From Eremomyces bilateralis CBS 781.70 (taxonomy: Eukaryota): a stretch of 64,000 nt of DNA. The notes under the pieces were generated by a model that was given only the letters and a program-made list of their open reading frames with translations, was not told the origin of the DNA and ran no database searches. Each line of letters begins with the position of its first letter. Position 1 is the first letter of the stretch. Location: NCBI GenBank assembly GCA_010015585.1, contig ML975155.1, one strand, 5' to 3'. This document shows, piece by piece, positions 12,844 to 23,924 of the stretch. Position numbers and translations under genes: made by a program.

Positions 12844-13799
12844 GATGCTAGAGCTTGGCGAGATCAATGACTTGGTGCAGATGGAGCTTTTGATTCAGTA
12901 CTGGAGAGTAAGAGAGCAAAATGAGAGAAGTCAGAGCAACTAGCAAGAATTGGGTGAAGCTCGGAATGAAGTAAACTTTTTTAAGTAAGCGTCCACTGCG
13001 GGAGACATCAGTTTCTAGAGGTGTCCGCCGAGAGTACTCTCGGCGTTTATAAAAGTCCTGGATCTTAATGCAAATTCACCGACATATGATCCCACTTCTA
13101 TGAAAAAATTCAAGTGGCCATCAACACGGTACTAGTTGTATAGACAGTGAGAAAAGACATCGCAGATCAAATCCAGGGACTCGAAAGGCGACCAGACATT
13201 TCAAATGAACGGAAAATGGTCGTGGACCTCTGGATGATGCACAGTCAGATATACTTGCTGACCCATGAATTCGGGCGCCATAGTAAGAGATGTGTAAGAT
13301 AGAATCAGGTTGCCGCTTCCTAGTCCTATACGATGCATGGCGATACCATTAGTGATTTATATAGCACAACTACAGAGTGCGGCGGAATGTGTGTTTACTA
13401 AAAAGTTCATCAAAAAAGGAAATGATATTCTACCAATCCAAATGCTGGACCAAAGACATGATGATATGTGATTTACCAAACTATCTGGATGATGTTGGAA
13501 GAAACAAAGATGTGAGGACTCGACAGACGTTGAAGCCTCTTATATCCGAAAGCCTGGGATTTATCTCCGAACTCCTTTATGTCCGAAGTTTAGCCGCAAA
13601 TTAGTCACGTGCGTTCGTGTCGTTCGGCAGATATTCGGTATATCACGCGTTTTGGGGCGAGGGGTGAGGTCGCCAAACTCGTCTTCAGAACATGTCACGG
13701 TGAGTCTCGGTCTCTTGTATTATATCTTCACTTGAAAGACTGGGGTGCTTTGCAACCTGGCATACTATTCACGGCCCGCAAAAGAAGAGATTGTTCAGA

Positions 13800-15014
13800 A
13801 TGAGTTCTAGAAAAACCACGCCACCCCCGCCATCTAGGCCAGGCGTCATGCCCACTGGGCCAGTGACACCGGAGGCGGTACGACGTATGGTGAGTAAGTG
13901 CCGAGCGGGATCGATCATTTTGAACACGATCCTAACGCCGATGATTTAGGAGGAAGCGCGGCTCAAGGCAAAAGCCCGCCGCGTCGAACATGATGCAGCA
14001 ACCGGTCTCTCCGGCCCACCAACCGCCGCCGGCCAGAAGCGGTCCTACGCATCCATGGCCACCAGCTCACGACCATCGGTCCCAGGGAGTGCCCCGACGA
14101 CCGCCCCAGGCGGCATCCGACCTGCCCCCAAGGACCCTCACCTCCATTCGTCCAAGAAATTCCTAGCGCAGAACTACATCGAGTACGACTTCTCGAAGAT
14201 GTCCGACTCGCGCGGCGGGTTCCTGTCTGCACAAGACGACCCGCACAACCGGGCGATGCAGCACCCGACTAACGAACCGGAACGGCCGGCGCACATGACC
14301 GAGGCGGAGTGGGAGCGGCATCGGCTGTTGCAGAGCCTCCGGAAGAACCGGGCGGGCCCGTTCGAGCCGGGGATCAGCGTCCTAGACCGGGGGACGGAGC
14401 ATAAGAAATGTCAGGAGTGTGAGAGTTTGGAACTGGATTGGCAACTGGACGACGTGTTTGGGGTCAAGGTTTGCAAGGCGTGCAAAGAGAAGCTTGGGGA
14501 CAAGTATAGCCTCCTGACGAAGACGGAGTGTAGGGAGGACTATCTGCTTACGGACGAGGAACTCCGCGACGAGAACCTGTTGCCGAGATTGGAACGGCCA
14601 AACCCCCATATGCCACATTGGAAACCCATGATGCTATTTCTGCGGTTACAGGTCGAGGAGTATGCGTTTGGACCGAAGCGATGGGGGAGTCAGGAGGGGC
14701 TGGACCAGGAGTGGGAACGACGAGAGGCGGACAAGAAGGTGCGCAAGGACAAGAAGTTCAGAGAGAAACTCGACGATTTGAAGAAGAAGACGCGAGTCGA
14801 GGCGTATCGACGGGGCAAGGCCGCGGAGATGGCGGCAAGGAAGCGTGGCGACGATGATGTCCAGGTCAGGGCGGGAGAGTTTGGCCAAAGGGTAATCCGG
14901 AGGGGCGAGAAGCACGAGCATGAATGGGGGAGGCCGATAACAGACCCGGGGACGGGGTCGGTGAAGAAACGGTGTGTCGAATGCGGCATGGAGGTTGAGG
15001 AATTGGAGCTATGA
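13800..15014 (+). CDS. RAD14: DNA repair protein Rad14/XPA, 2 exons (13800-13889, 13950-15014), ~384 aa
   Basis: YIEYDFSKMSDSRGGFL, C4 zinc finger CQEC...CKAC, KYSLLTKTECREDYLLTDEEL, NPH...WKPMMLFLRLQVEEYA...WGS, C-terminal HEHEWG...CVECG; intron GTGAGT..CTAAC..TAG. Confidence 0.97.
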
Positions 15015-15084
15015 TTGTCAATGGTCATCGGACATGAATCGCATTACTGATATGACGGACACGAGGACGAATGAACGAAAACAA

Positions 15085-15486
15085 TTAAATTATGAACCAT
15101 TCTCTATCAAGTACCCTACGCCCTATTGCTAATAGGAAGAGTGTTTGTCCGAACCAGTACAAAACGAAAATGGAGACCTTTCCCACTGCCCCCCAAAAGT
15201 CCAGGTGGAGGAGTGTGTGGACCCATCCGACGACGAGATCGCGAGAAAGCTTCAGGAAGAAGGTAAGCAGAAAAAATAGGCCTCGAAGCAAGAAGCACAA
15301 GAAAAGAAAAGAAAAGACATAGTAGACCCCATCCCAAACCAAGCCCAAAACCGACCAACCTCGTTCTTCAACATGCGCTCGGGGTGCATCGGGACAATTT
15401 GGCGCAGCTGAATCCGGAGGCTCATGCATGTCAGAGTGATAGCCAACATCAAGCATCGCGTCAATCAATCTGAAATGGTCCATCAT
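15085..15486 (-). CDS. Putative 133-aa two-TM ORF whose ATG overlaps the stop of the upstream gene (ATGA)
   Basis: Open frame with two hydrophobic stretches; could be a T-rich 3'UTR read by chance. Confidence 0.3.
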   Translation of the reverse strand: MMDHFRLIDAMLDVGYHSDMHEPPDSAAPNCPDAPRAHVEERGWSVLGLVWDGVYYVFSFLFLCFLLRGLFFLLTFFLKLSRDLVVGWVHTLLHLDFWGAVGKVSIFVLYWFGQTLFLLAIGRRVLDREWFII

Positions 15487-16828
15487 GCGTATCGGTAAGG
15501 CGTGGCGCCTTTGTAGGGTGTCATCTTGATCTGAATCGGGGTGCAGCGGCCCATCCTCTTCAGGTAGGCCTTCTCGACCTCATCGAGGGGAAGCTTGTAG
15601 TCCGACTCACGCTTGGCCGGCTTATTGAGCTCCTTGACACGATCGGCGCCGCCCATTGAGTCGAAGACGGACCGGCTGTAGATCTGCCATGCACAAGCTT
15701 CATCGCGACCAGGTTGCGCACCCTGACTGCAAGTCGAGCAGGCCAGGAAGTTCACGTTGTCGCCGATGGCCATGTGACTTTCGGGTTGGCGAACTGAGGC
15801 ACCGACGACGGAGCTTCTTCCGATGTCAATGGGCTTCGCTGTGGATGAGAGGTCAACCTTGCCGGAGGGGAGGTTGTACGAGAGGGCGCCGTCCCTGCGC
15901 ATGAAGTAGAGCTGCGGATGGTCGGCATCGGAGTTGGCCTGTAAAAGTCAAGTCAGCGCAAGGAACCGGGTGAAAGCGATGTCAACGTCGACGTACCATC
16001 TCAAATCCAGGGAAAAGCACAGTGTTCAGCTCACGACGACACTTCCCATGCACACGCAGGTTCTTCTGCAGCGCGTTGTAGAACACCTCCTCAGCAGTTC
16101 GGGGGACTGCTTGCTTGCATAAGCACTCAGTCTCGCCACGGGCCTTCTTCTCGGTTCCGAAGAAGATGGGTTCATGCGTCCTTCCAAGGCGAACCATTGC
16201 CGGCTGGGCCAGGTGTGTCTGGTTGGCGAGGTCTCGCTCGATCTCCTCCGCCTCACGCTTGCCATGGTGGTCGCAGTTGCAATCCCCGCCATGGTGGTCA
16301 TCGCCGTGGTCATTGTCGTGGTGGATCTTCTCCCAGAAGACACAATCATCGCCACCGCCGCATGCATCATGTTTGGCTTTCTGGTACGTCTCGCACACCT
16401 TGCCATTGTCCTTATCCGTGTCCTTGCAGCTACCATCGCAACACTTGTCAAGGTGCTTGCTGTGCTCTGGATATGCCTGCAAGCATTCCTTCACCGGACG
16501 ATCGCCGAAGCACTGGTAGAGCTCCTTGTAGATAATGTGGCAGTTTTGGTCCTTGCATTGGAGTTTGAAGGGGTCATCGCTATCTGAGCTGGATGAAGAA
16601 TCGCAGTGATGGCAGTGCTTGCTGCTCTTGCTGCTCTTGCTGCTCTTGCTCTTGCTGTTCTTACTTTTCTTGCCGCTCTTGCCCTTCTTTCCAGGCAGGG
16701 AAAACCCGCGTGTCTCGAGACTTCGATGATGCTGATGCTGATTGCACTCGCATGGCTGGTTCTGTTTGCAGTTCACATTGCAGTTGGCCATATAATTTTT
16801 ATAGTAAGACTCGTCGTCGGAGCTGGAT

Positions 16829-16860
<32 letters not shown>

Positions 16861-17958
16861 GCAGTGTTTACACCCCCGTTCGTCAAGACTTCGCTTGTCA
16901 CCGTGATGGCCGGAGTGGTCGGAGCTGGACGAAGATTGGTGGGAGTGGTGGGCACTGTATTCGCAAGGCTTGCCCTCCTCGCAATGGTAAGGAAGGACAG
17001 GTTCCCAGTAAGAGATAATGCAGTCACACTGCCTACCCTTGTCGCATTCGCAATGAATGGGCTTCTCCTCGCAGTGACATTGCTTGCCCGGGTCGCAGTG
17101 GCAAGGCAGGCCAAAGTCCTTCGGTGGAAGGACTAGGACATTGCAGTTACCTCCATGGCAAGGATCCTGATCCAAGACCGTGACTTTGAAGTCGCAATGG
17201 GTGTCTCCGTTGCACGTGGAATGGAAGTATTTGTCCTCGCAATGGCATGGATGCGTCCCATCGCATTTGCAAGGGACTTCGAATTTGCCGGGGTCTTCGA
17301 TATGGAGATGGTAATGACAGGTCTTACCTTTCTCGCATTTGAACTGGGGGTCGACATTGGAGTACCCGTCCGAGCTGCTGGCGGAGGACCACCACGAATG
17401 CTCGAGTTCGTGGGACCACCACGAATTCTCGTGTTCGCCTCTCTCTTCGCTATCCGCTAGCGTCTCGGCCTCACGCTTCCAGTGTGGAGAGCAGACCTGG
17501 CAAGGCGGGCCGTCACGGACCCAGAAATTGCCATTGCAAGCTTGAATGGCCGTCTTGTCCAAATGAAAGCCGGGGGAGTCAACGGAGAGAGTGAACTTCG
17601 CTTTTGGACGCTTAAGCGGTTCCAGTCCCCCGTGTCCATCACATCTGTTGTTCGAGGTCAGAACTAACGTTGCTTTCGTTTGGGATCGAAGTGCACTCAC
17701 GAGAATCTATCATCATAGTAGCAGGATCTCCCACATACTCTGGTCACCTTGCCATTGATTTTGGGACAGAGAGTCTTATCGTCGAAGCAAGTGTACTGAT
17801 GAAGTGTTAGCTGACGTCGAAAAGGCCATGCACGGCATACTGACCTTATCCTCATTATAGGGTCCGTCACCACAGTACTTCACTACCGAGCCGGACGATG
17901 CAGATATGCTCGACGCCAGACACAGTGCGACAAGTGCCACGCCACCAAGAAGCGGCAT
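15483..17958 (-). CDS. Secreted ~770-aa protein: signal peptide + CBM52 (Carb_bind) + split PhiA/IgE-binding-like domain with a large Cys/His-rich insertion punctuated by Kex2 sites; 4 exons (17958-17845, 17795-17701, 17644-15997, 15938-15483)
   Basis: Signal MPLLGGVALVALCLASSISA; spliced CGDGPYNEDKYTCFDDKTLCPKINGKVTRVCGRSCYYDDRFSC matches the CBM52 Cys pattern; FTLSVDSP...IQACNGNFWV and QLYFMRRDGALSY...FLAC...WQIYS...CTPIQI...YKG...YRY match the two halves of the fungal IgE-binding/PhiA-type wall domain; three frame-consistent GT-AG introns. Confidence 0.85.
16617..16861. repeat. Coding microsatellites: (CTTGCTGCT)n-like run encoding SSK repeats and (GAA)n encoding poly-Ser
   Basis: Directly visible at ~16617-16660 and ~16827-16861. 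Confidence 0.8.
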
Positions 17959-18855
17959 CCTGACCACCTGAGAACCAGTCCGTAGACCAAAGCGGAGGTG
18001 GCAAGCCAAACAAGGGAGAAATGAGATAGGTGGTTGGGATGGACTAACGAAGTGACAAAAGAGTCAAGACAGCAGCAATTAAAGAAGATCTATATTTGCA
18101 TAGAGTATGTGATGCTGATGGCAATATGGAAAGTGAAGATTCCGAGATGGTAGTTTAGAAAGGATCTTGGAAATGGAGTTTTAAGACCTGGTATATGAAT
18201 AGTAAACATGCTTAAGAGGAAGGGGGTGCCATCTTCAGTATGAAGAGACAATAACGGTAGGAGGAGTTCTCTATCCCCGGCAGCGGCCATGGGAGTCGAA
18301 TGGAAGCTGCAATTGCCGTCGGGTATAATCCTTCTATCGCTGGCTTGGTGCCGATTTTTGTCCGAACATGACTACGTGCAAAGAGAGATTGAGGGATTTA
18401 ACCATAAGAACGTTGACAATTGGGTATCTTGAGAACTAACGTAAAGAAAGGCCATAGATGACTTTAACATTTGCGTCAATGTATGCCATATGACAATGCA
18501 ACATGAAGATGATGCTTTTGTAAAACCTGCGCCTTCTGCACCAGCTTGTGCTAGATGGAAAGCGCAACAATTAAAAGGTGTTCCTGCGGACAACAGACCG
18601 AGAAAATGGGTGGAACAGAAAGTAACTCCGGCTCCGTCCAGCATAACCCAGAAATTGCCACGGAACTGGCTAGACATAATGAGATGGTGCGACCAACTGG
18701 GCAGAAGCTTGAACAGATTTTGGAGGCGCAATACCTTCGATGCTCTATCGAGGTACTATGGTTCGAAGCACGCTTGGAAACACTGGAATGGTCGAAATAA
18801 GACAGCTGCTTGCTTCGCAAACCATATATCGGCCGATCAAACTGCGACTTAGAGT

Positions 18856-19584
18856 TCAAGCACCGTCGGGCACGACATCCAGCCAAGCCCACGTCACCCC
18901 AACTCTTCCGTAGTCCCTTGGAGCTAGCTCATCAAAGATTGCCGGGCTAACATCTATATCCGTCGGCTGGCACCCGGTGCATCTATCCACCACCGTCAGA
19001 TCCACGCTCCGGTCCTCTCCGGTCGCCTCGTTGTGCCGTCTCGCGCGGATCTTCTTCCCACATAGTGGATTCAGGTTCGGGTTCGAACCCGTCGACACAG
19101 CATCGTATAGGAGATGCGACACCGCAACGATGGGGTCGTTGTCAGTCGAGTCGATGCCGCACGAGCCGAGTCCGGGGTTGTAGTATGTGAGGTCGCCGGT
19201 ATGTGCTTCGGCGGAGGTGGGGAGCGGGAGGTTTTGTTTGCTGCCTTTGCCGGAGAGGCCGATTGAGAGGCCTAGGATGAGTGCGAGCAGGCTGAGGAAG
19301 ATGGCGACGAGGATAATGAGGAAAGTTCGGCGGCGCAATCCGAGGTATTGGCGGTTCGGGGGGACGATGCGGTCGAGTCGCGTCCGGAGAGTGGGGAGGA
19401 TGGCAGGAGTTGAGAGTTTCGATATATGAGAAAGCGCCGAACGTCGATGGCTATCCGTAGCGGGAGTTTCCCACTCAATTGCTATTATCGCATGACCTGG
19501 CTTGTCGTCGACGGTGACTGTCGATCCTTCTGTGGTGGAATGCGACAGTTCCGACTTGATCTGGATCTCTTTATCTTTCTCCAT
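18856..19584 (-). CDS. Membrane-anchored expansin-like / RlpA double-psi beta-barrel protein (Asp f 7/loosenin-like), 242 aa
   Basis: TM helix FLIILVAIFLSLLALILGLSIGL; GDLTYYNPGLGSCG, IVAVS, NPNLNPLCGKKI, TVVDRCTGC...DIDVSP..F, GRVGVTW. Confidence 0.92.
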   Translation of the reverse strand: MEKDKEIQIKSELSHSTTEGSTVTVDDKPGHAIIAIEWETPATDSHRRSALSHISKLSTPAILPTLRTRLDRIVPPNRQYLGLRRRTFLIILVAIFLSLLALILGLSIGLSGKGSKQNLPLPTSAEAHTGDLTYYNPGLGSCGIDSTDNDPIVAVSHLLYDAVSTGSNPNLNPLCGKKIRARRHNEATGEDRSVDLTVVDRCTGCQPTDIDVSPAIFDELAPRDYGRVGVTWAWLDVVPDGA

Positions 19585-20320
19585 GACCTCAAATCAGCGC
19601 TCTCGGTTGCTATTGATCCAGTTCAGATCTCGACGTTGCTTTTATCGTGGCACTTGCTGTCCCTTTATGCATGTTTGAGTAGTAGTAACTGGGAGGATCT
19701 GCTCTACATTGTATGCAGCCAAGTCAGGGGCATGCAGGGTCATTGTTGACAGTTGAGTTTAATTGCGGCGGCTAAAGTGACGCGCCCGCCGCTAGAGGCG
19801 CGCCTAAATCCACGTCACATTCTTTTCTCCGGTCAAATTAAATGTTCTGGAGACATTGACGCGGGTTGCTTGCGAATATCTAGTTGATTCTTATGAGTAT
19901 CTCCTCGAAAGAAGAGGTATGGCGGGACAAGGTCCAACTAGCTGAAACCGAACTGCCCCTGTGGCGATATCGCTCAGCCCTACATGACCAGCTGATCGGA
20001 TGAAGGCTATGACCGCCACGTCTTCATACATCGTCAACACCCGACAATATCTACTGGTCATCTATCGCCGCCTGCTATCATTCTTCTCATCATTTTATTG
20101 TACCATCTAAAACCGGATTATGTCTTGTATCAATTATATTTACTGGGCTAAAGGCTGTGGTTCTACTTCTTTAGCTCGAAGCTCAACGATCGCCACCTCT
20201 AGAACGACGAGCCATTGTGATCTGCCGACGTGAAGGGCGGTGCCATAAGGCAGTGCTACCAACCCCCGGAGCCTTGCGATCTCGACAGCATTGCAGCCTG
20301 TGCTGCAGTTAACCGCCGTC

Positions 20321-22537
20321 ATGAACTCGGTCATCCCAAATCTGCCTCTCCCCAAGGCACCCTGGAGAGCAAACTCTTCATCGTCGAAGGAGTCACTGGT
20401 ATCCCATTCCGTGGATAACGTTCGCGCCGGTGAGGCTGAGCAAGCAAGCGAACTTGAAATAGAGCTTGATCCTCCTAACTTGCGAGACTTAAACACATCT
20501 CTTCAATTACTATCCGAAGTGTTTCCCGAGATCCAACCCGAAGTCCTACGTGAAATGCTGTCCTCGTTCAGCGAAGAAAGCCGGGTCCAGGTGGTGACGG
20601 AGAATCTTCTCAAGAATCCCTCGAAATGGGTCCGAGGACGCGTTCGAGCTTATCACGAAAGTGAGCCAAAGCATGACGCAGGGAAGGATGGACGTGCAAC
20701 GAATTCCGGTCTTCCACCTCCGTCCGGAACCTCACATCCTGATCCCGCGCCTCTTGCCCGCGAAGAGCAGTTTAGAAGCCCCATGTACTGCGGAGCAGTG
20801 AGGGAGGTATTCTACTTCGAATTCAAAGGGTTGTCACGGAGTACCATCCGAGCCATTCTAGCAGAGAACAATTACTCCTATGGTGCCTCCCGCCCCGTCC
20901 TTCTTGCTTTGGTTTCGAAATCATGGCGGTTCTCCCTGACATCGTTTTTCTTTCGTCGCCGCATCCCCACTACCGATCCCACGTCTCATCCAGCTGTTTA
21001 TTGGCGGCCGAATCGCAAGACGGGCAAAAATGAACCTCATCTTCGGTACACGCCTTCAGCGGAGTTGAATATCGAGTTATGGGCAATGCTTATCGAGCCT
21101 TGGGTTGAGTCTGAAAAAGAAGCCCAGAAAAAGGGCGATCGAGCAGTCGCCGATCAACTGAATACCGCTCAAGCGGAAGATGTGGAAGAGCTGTATGACT
21201 GTGGTTGCTGCTTCTCCACCACAACTATGGAACATATGGCAGCATGCGACGACCAAGGCCACTTCGTTTGCTCCACCTGCGTCCGGGCTGCCGTCAACGA
21301 AGGCCTCTATGGACAGGCATGGGGGCGTAATGTCAATGTCGGCCGAGGAACTTTACGATGTTGTGCTCCAAACCTATCCATGAGCGGCGACGATTGTCAA
21401 GGCTGCATCCCTCTGGAACACGTCGAGAAAGCCCTCAGAGAAGACGATAATGGCGATGTCACGGCGCGCAAATTTTCAGACCGTTTCGCGAAAGAGTCGA
21501 TACAGAAAAGCAGACTTCCAGTCGCCCAATGTCCGTTCTGTTCGTATGTCGAAGCGGACCAACTGGGCATCTCCTTTACACTTTTACTGTTTCTCTTCTT
21601 CCCTTTCACCCGGCGATGGCATGCACTCAGTTATGATTGCAGTCCAGAAACCCTCGCAGAACTGCCGAAGCTACGATTCAAGAATCGAGAAACCTTCGTC
21701 GTAATCCTTCTCGCTCTCGTCAATCTCTGCTACCTCATCCCTGGGATCTTCCCCATTCTCAGTTTCTTTGCATTTATCACCATTACATCCGTATTATCCG
21801 TCATCGCCACTCCTCCTTCCCTCAGAACACAATTCACATCCTACCTCGGCTCCATGCCGCGCCAACTCTCCTCCTCCCTCCACCGTCCTCTCCGTCGCAA
21901 GATGGCCCCCCGCCTCCTCTGCCGCAACCCCTCCTGCCTCCGCCCCTCCTGCCTCAACTGCCACGCCTCCTGGCCACCCAACACCGCGCACGTCTGCTTC
22001 ACCTCGGCACGCGACTCGCTCCGCCTGGCGCTCGAATCCGCCGCCACCTCCGCGATCAAGCGCACGTGCCCGTCCTGCAGCCTCTCCTTCCTCAAGGACT
22101 CCGGGTGCAACAAGCTGGTGTGTCCGTGCGGCTACGTCATGTGCTACGTGTGCCGGCGGCAGATCACCACGGCGGAGGGGTATTCGCATTTCTGCCAGCA
22201 TTTCCGTGAGCGGCCCGGGGATGCGTGCAGGGATGGGGAGGATGGCGGGTTGTGTGGGAAGTGCGACCTGTATCGCGTGGAGGGAGAGGAGGAGACGATT
22301 CGGCGGGCGGTAAGGAGGGCGGAGGAGGAGTGGTGGGAGCAGGAAGGGAAGAAGATGGCGAGAGGGAGGGAGATGGAGGGGTTGAGAAGGGGCTTGGATA
22401 TGAACATCGAGGGACATGAGATCCGGGTCGGTGGGGTACAATCGCCAGGCGACCCAGGGACGAGACTACGAAAGTGGTGGAGAAAAATGAGTGTTGACTA
22501 CGTCGTGGAAGTGTTTTGGGATACTTTCGTGGTCTGA
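20321..22537 (+). CDS. RBR (RING-IBR-RING) E3 ubiquitin ligase, RNF216/TRIAD3-like, with N-terminal CUE-like domain and hydrophobic insertion in the IBR
   Basis: LSEVFPEIQPEVLREML (CUE-like); RING1 CGCCF...CDDQGHFVCSTC...C...C; IBR CPFC...CRNPSC..C..C...H.C; RING2 CPSC..FLKDSGCNKLVCPCGYVMCYVCR...YSHFCQHF. Confidence 0.9.
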   Translation: MNSVIPNLPLPKAPWRANSSSSKESLVSHSVDNVRAGEAEQASELEIELDPPNLRDLNTSLQLLSEVFPEIQPEVLREMLSSFSEESRVQVVTENLLKNPSKWVRGRVRAYHESEPKHDAGKDGRATNSGLPPPSGTSHPDPAPLAREEQFRSPMYCGAVREVFYFEFKGLSRSTIRAILAENNYSYGASRPVLLALVSKSWRFSLTSFFFRRRIPTTDPTSHPAVYWRPNRKTGKNEPHLRYTPSAELNIELWAMLIEPWVESEKEAQKKGDRAVADQLNTAQAEDVEELYDCGCCFSTTTMEHMAACDDQGHFVCSTCVRAAVNEGLYGQAWGRNVNVGRGTLRCCAPNLSMSGDDCQGCIPLEHVEKALREDDNGDVTARKFSDRFAKESIQKSRLPVAQCPFCSYVEADQLGISFTLLLFLFFPFTRRWHALSYDCSPETLAELPKLRFKNRETFVVILLALVNLCYLIPGIFPILSFFAFITITSVLSVIATPPSLRTQFTSYLGSMPRQLSSSLHRPLRRKMAPRLLCRNPSCLRPSCLNCHASWPPNTAHVCFTSARDSLRLALESAATSAIKRTCPSCSLSFLKDSGCNKLVCPCGYVMCYVCRRQITTAEGYSHFCQHFRERPGDACRDGEDGGLCGKCDLYRVEGEEETIRRAVRRAEEEWWEQEGKKMARGREMEGLRRGLDMNIEGHEIRVGGVQSPGDPGTRLRKWWRKMSVDYVVEVFWDTFVV

Positions 22538-23058
22538 ATGAATCGAACTCATTTTATGCGTCCATTTCTGTGCTCCTATTGTCTATCCACAATTGTAGTC
22601 TTCATTTTCTTGAGGTTCTATACGATGTTTGTTGGCCGGTTCGGTTGTGAAATTCAACCATGGGGCTGACAGGGTCACAGTAAACTTTTCCAGCATAAAA
22701 AAACCAATTCCCACCCTGTCATTTTGTTGAATATTTCGACAATACAGACGAATGAATGGCATTGTCTAAATTTAAATTTTTATGTGTAAAGCCAGTTGTG
22801 GAGTACGGTGTCTTCTAAATGTTTCTGGGACTGCCGCCCAACCTACCTGTTGTATCAAGGCCAAACTTTGATAAGCTCCCTATAGTATACGGTCAAGCCG
22901 GCCTTGCTATGACTAGTACTGTAGGTATGTAATTCTCTACCGGTCCGTTGAGGATGGTGTTTCTCAGCACTCCGTACCACCACAGGTTTTCCGGAATATC
23001 TCCACGGTTATTAAAGGGATGATCCCTTGGGTAAAAGTCTTCAAATCGTGGCCCAACC

Positions 23059-23834
23059 TTGAATACACAATTTCGCTCTATACCGTACTTTCAAAGCATA
23101 CTTCACCACGATGCTCCAGCTGTATCCCCGTACTTTCAAAGAATTATTCACCACGAATCTCCAGGGGTCCACCGGTGGGACTTCCCTCCACTGATTCCAC
23201 AAACTGAGGCCTATCCCCGAACCCTATCTCTAAATGACCTCGATGACATTGACTTGTTCACGGCAGCATCCCGCTGGGATTACGGCGACCTCGCCGAAAG
23301 ACACCGATACCGCGAGCACATGATGATACTAGGAGAGCCCTGGGAAGAAGACCATGATGACTACGGCGAGCACGACGAGTACGACGAGTACGACGACGAC
23401 GCCTAGGAGGAATGGATCATTCAGGACATAGTTTTGGAGAAGGGGGACGATGACGACGGGGACGAGGATGAAAAATTTCCTGAGTTCGAGAAGAAAGGGG
23501 ATTCAGTGTATGACGGAGACGAGGAAGGCAGTGGAGGGCCATCTGAGAGCCACAGTTAGGAAGACCCAGAGGGCAGCAATGATGATAAGGGGGGCGATAA
23601 ACCCAGCGGTAGGTGTCGAAGCACACGCCGTCCCAGCTTATATTAACCTACATATTAGGCGAATCCGGTGAGGAGGATGATGAGGAGGAGGAGGACGTGT
23701 ATGATGAAGATGCTGAGACGACGATGGTGAATCTAAGGAAGAGGAAGAGGATGAGGAACCGTCCGCTAATTAGCGGCAGCGGAGAGGACCAGAAGATAAA
23801 GAGGAGTCCGAACTGCCCACCCCTTCCCATGTAA
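23059..23834 (+). pseudogene. Degraded Asp/Glu-rich coding-like sequence broken by stops and frameshifts
   Basis: GAC/GAG/GAT-rich runs spread over three short ORFs; (GACGAGTAC) repeats at ~23373-23400; no family recognised. Confidence 0.35.
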
Positions 23835-23924
23835 GAGTCTTGGGCTATACGCCCAGACTATAGGTTGTGGCCTAGCGGCCTCAGACCAGTGTCTAGGTGA
23901 ATGAGAATACGCGTATTTAGAACT

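Noticed and set aside
21637..22441. Long alternative-frame and antisense ORFs in the RBR gene
   Set aside because: Shadow ORFs caused by high GC3 and C/G skew.
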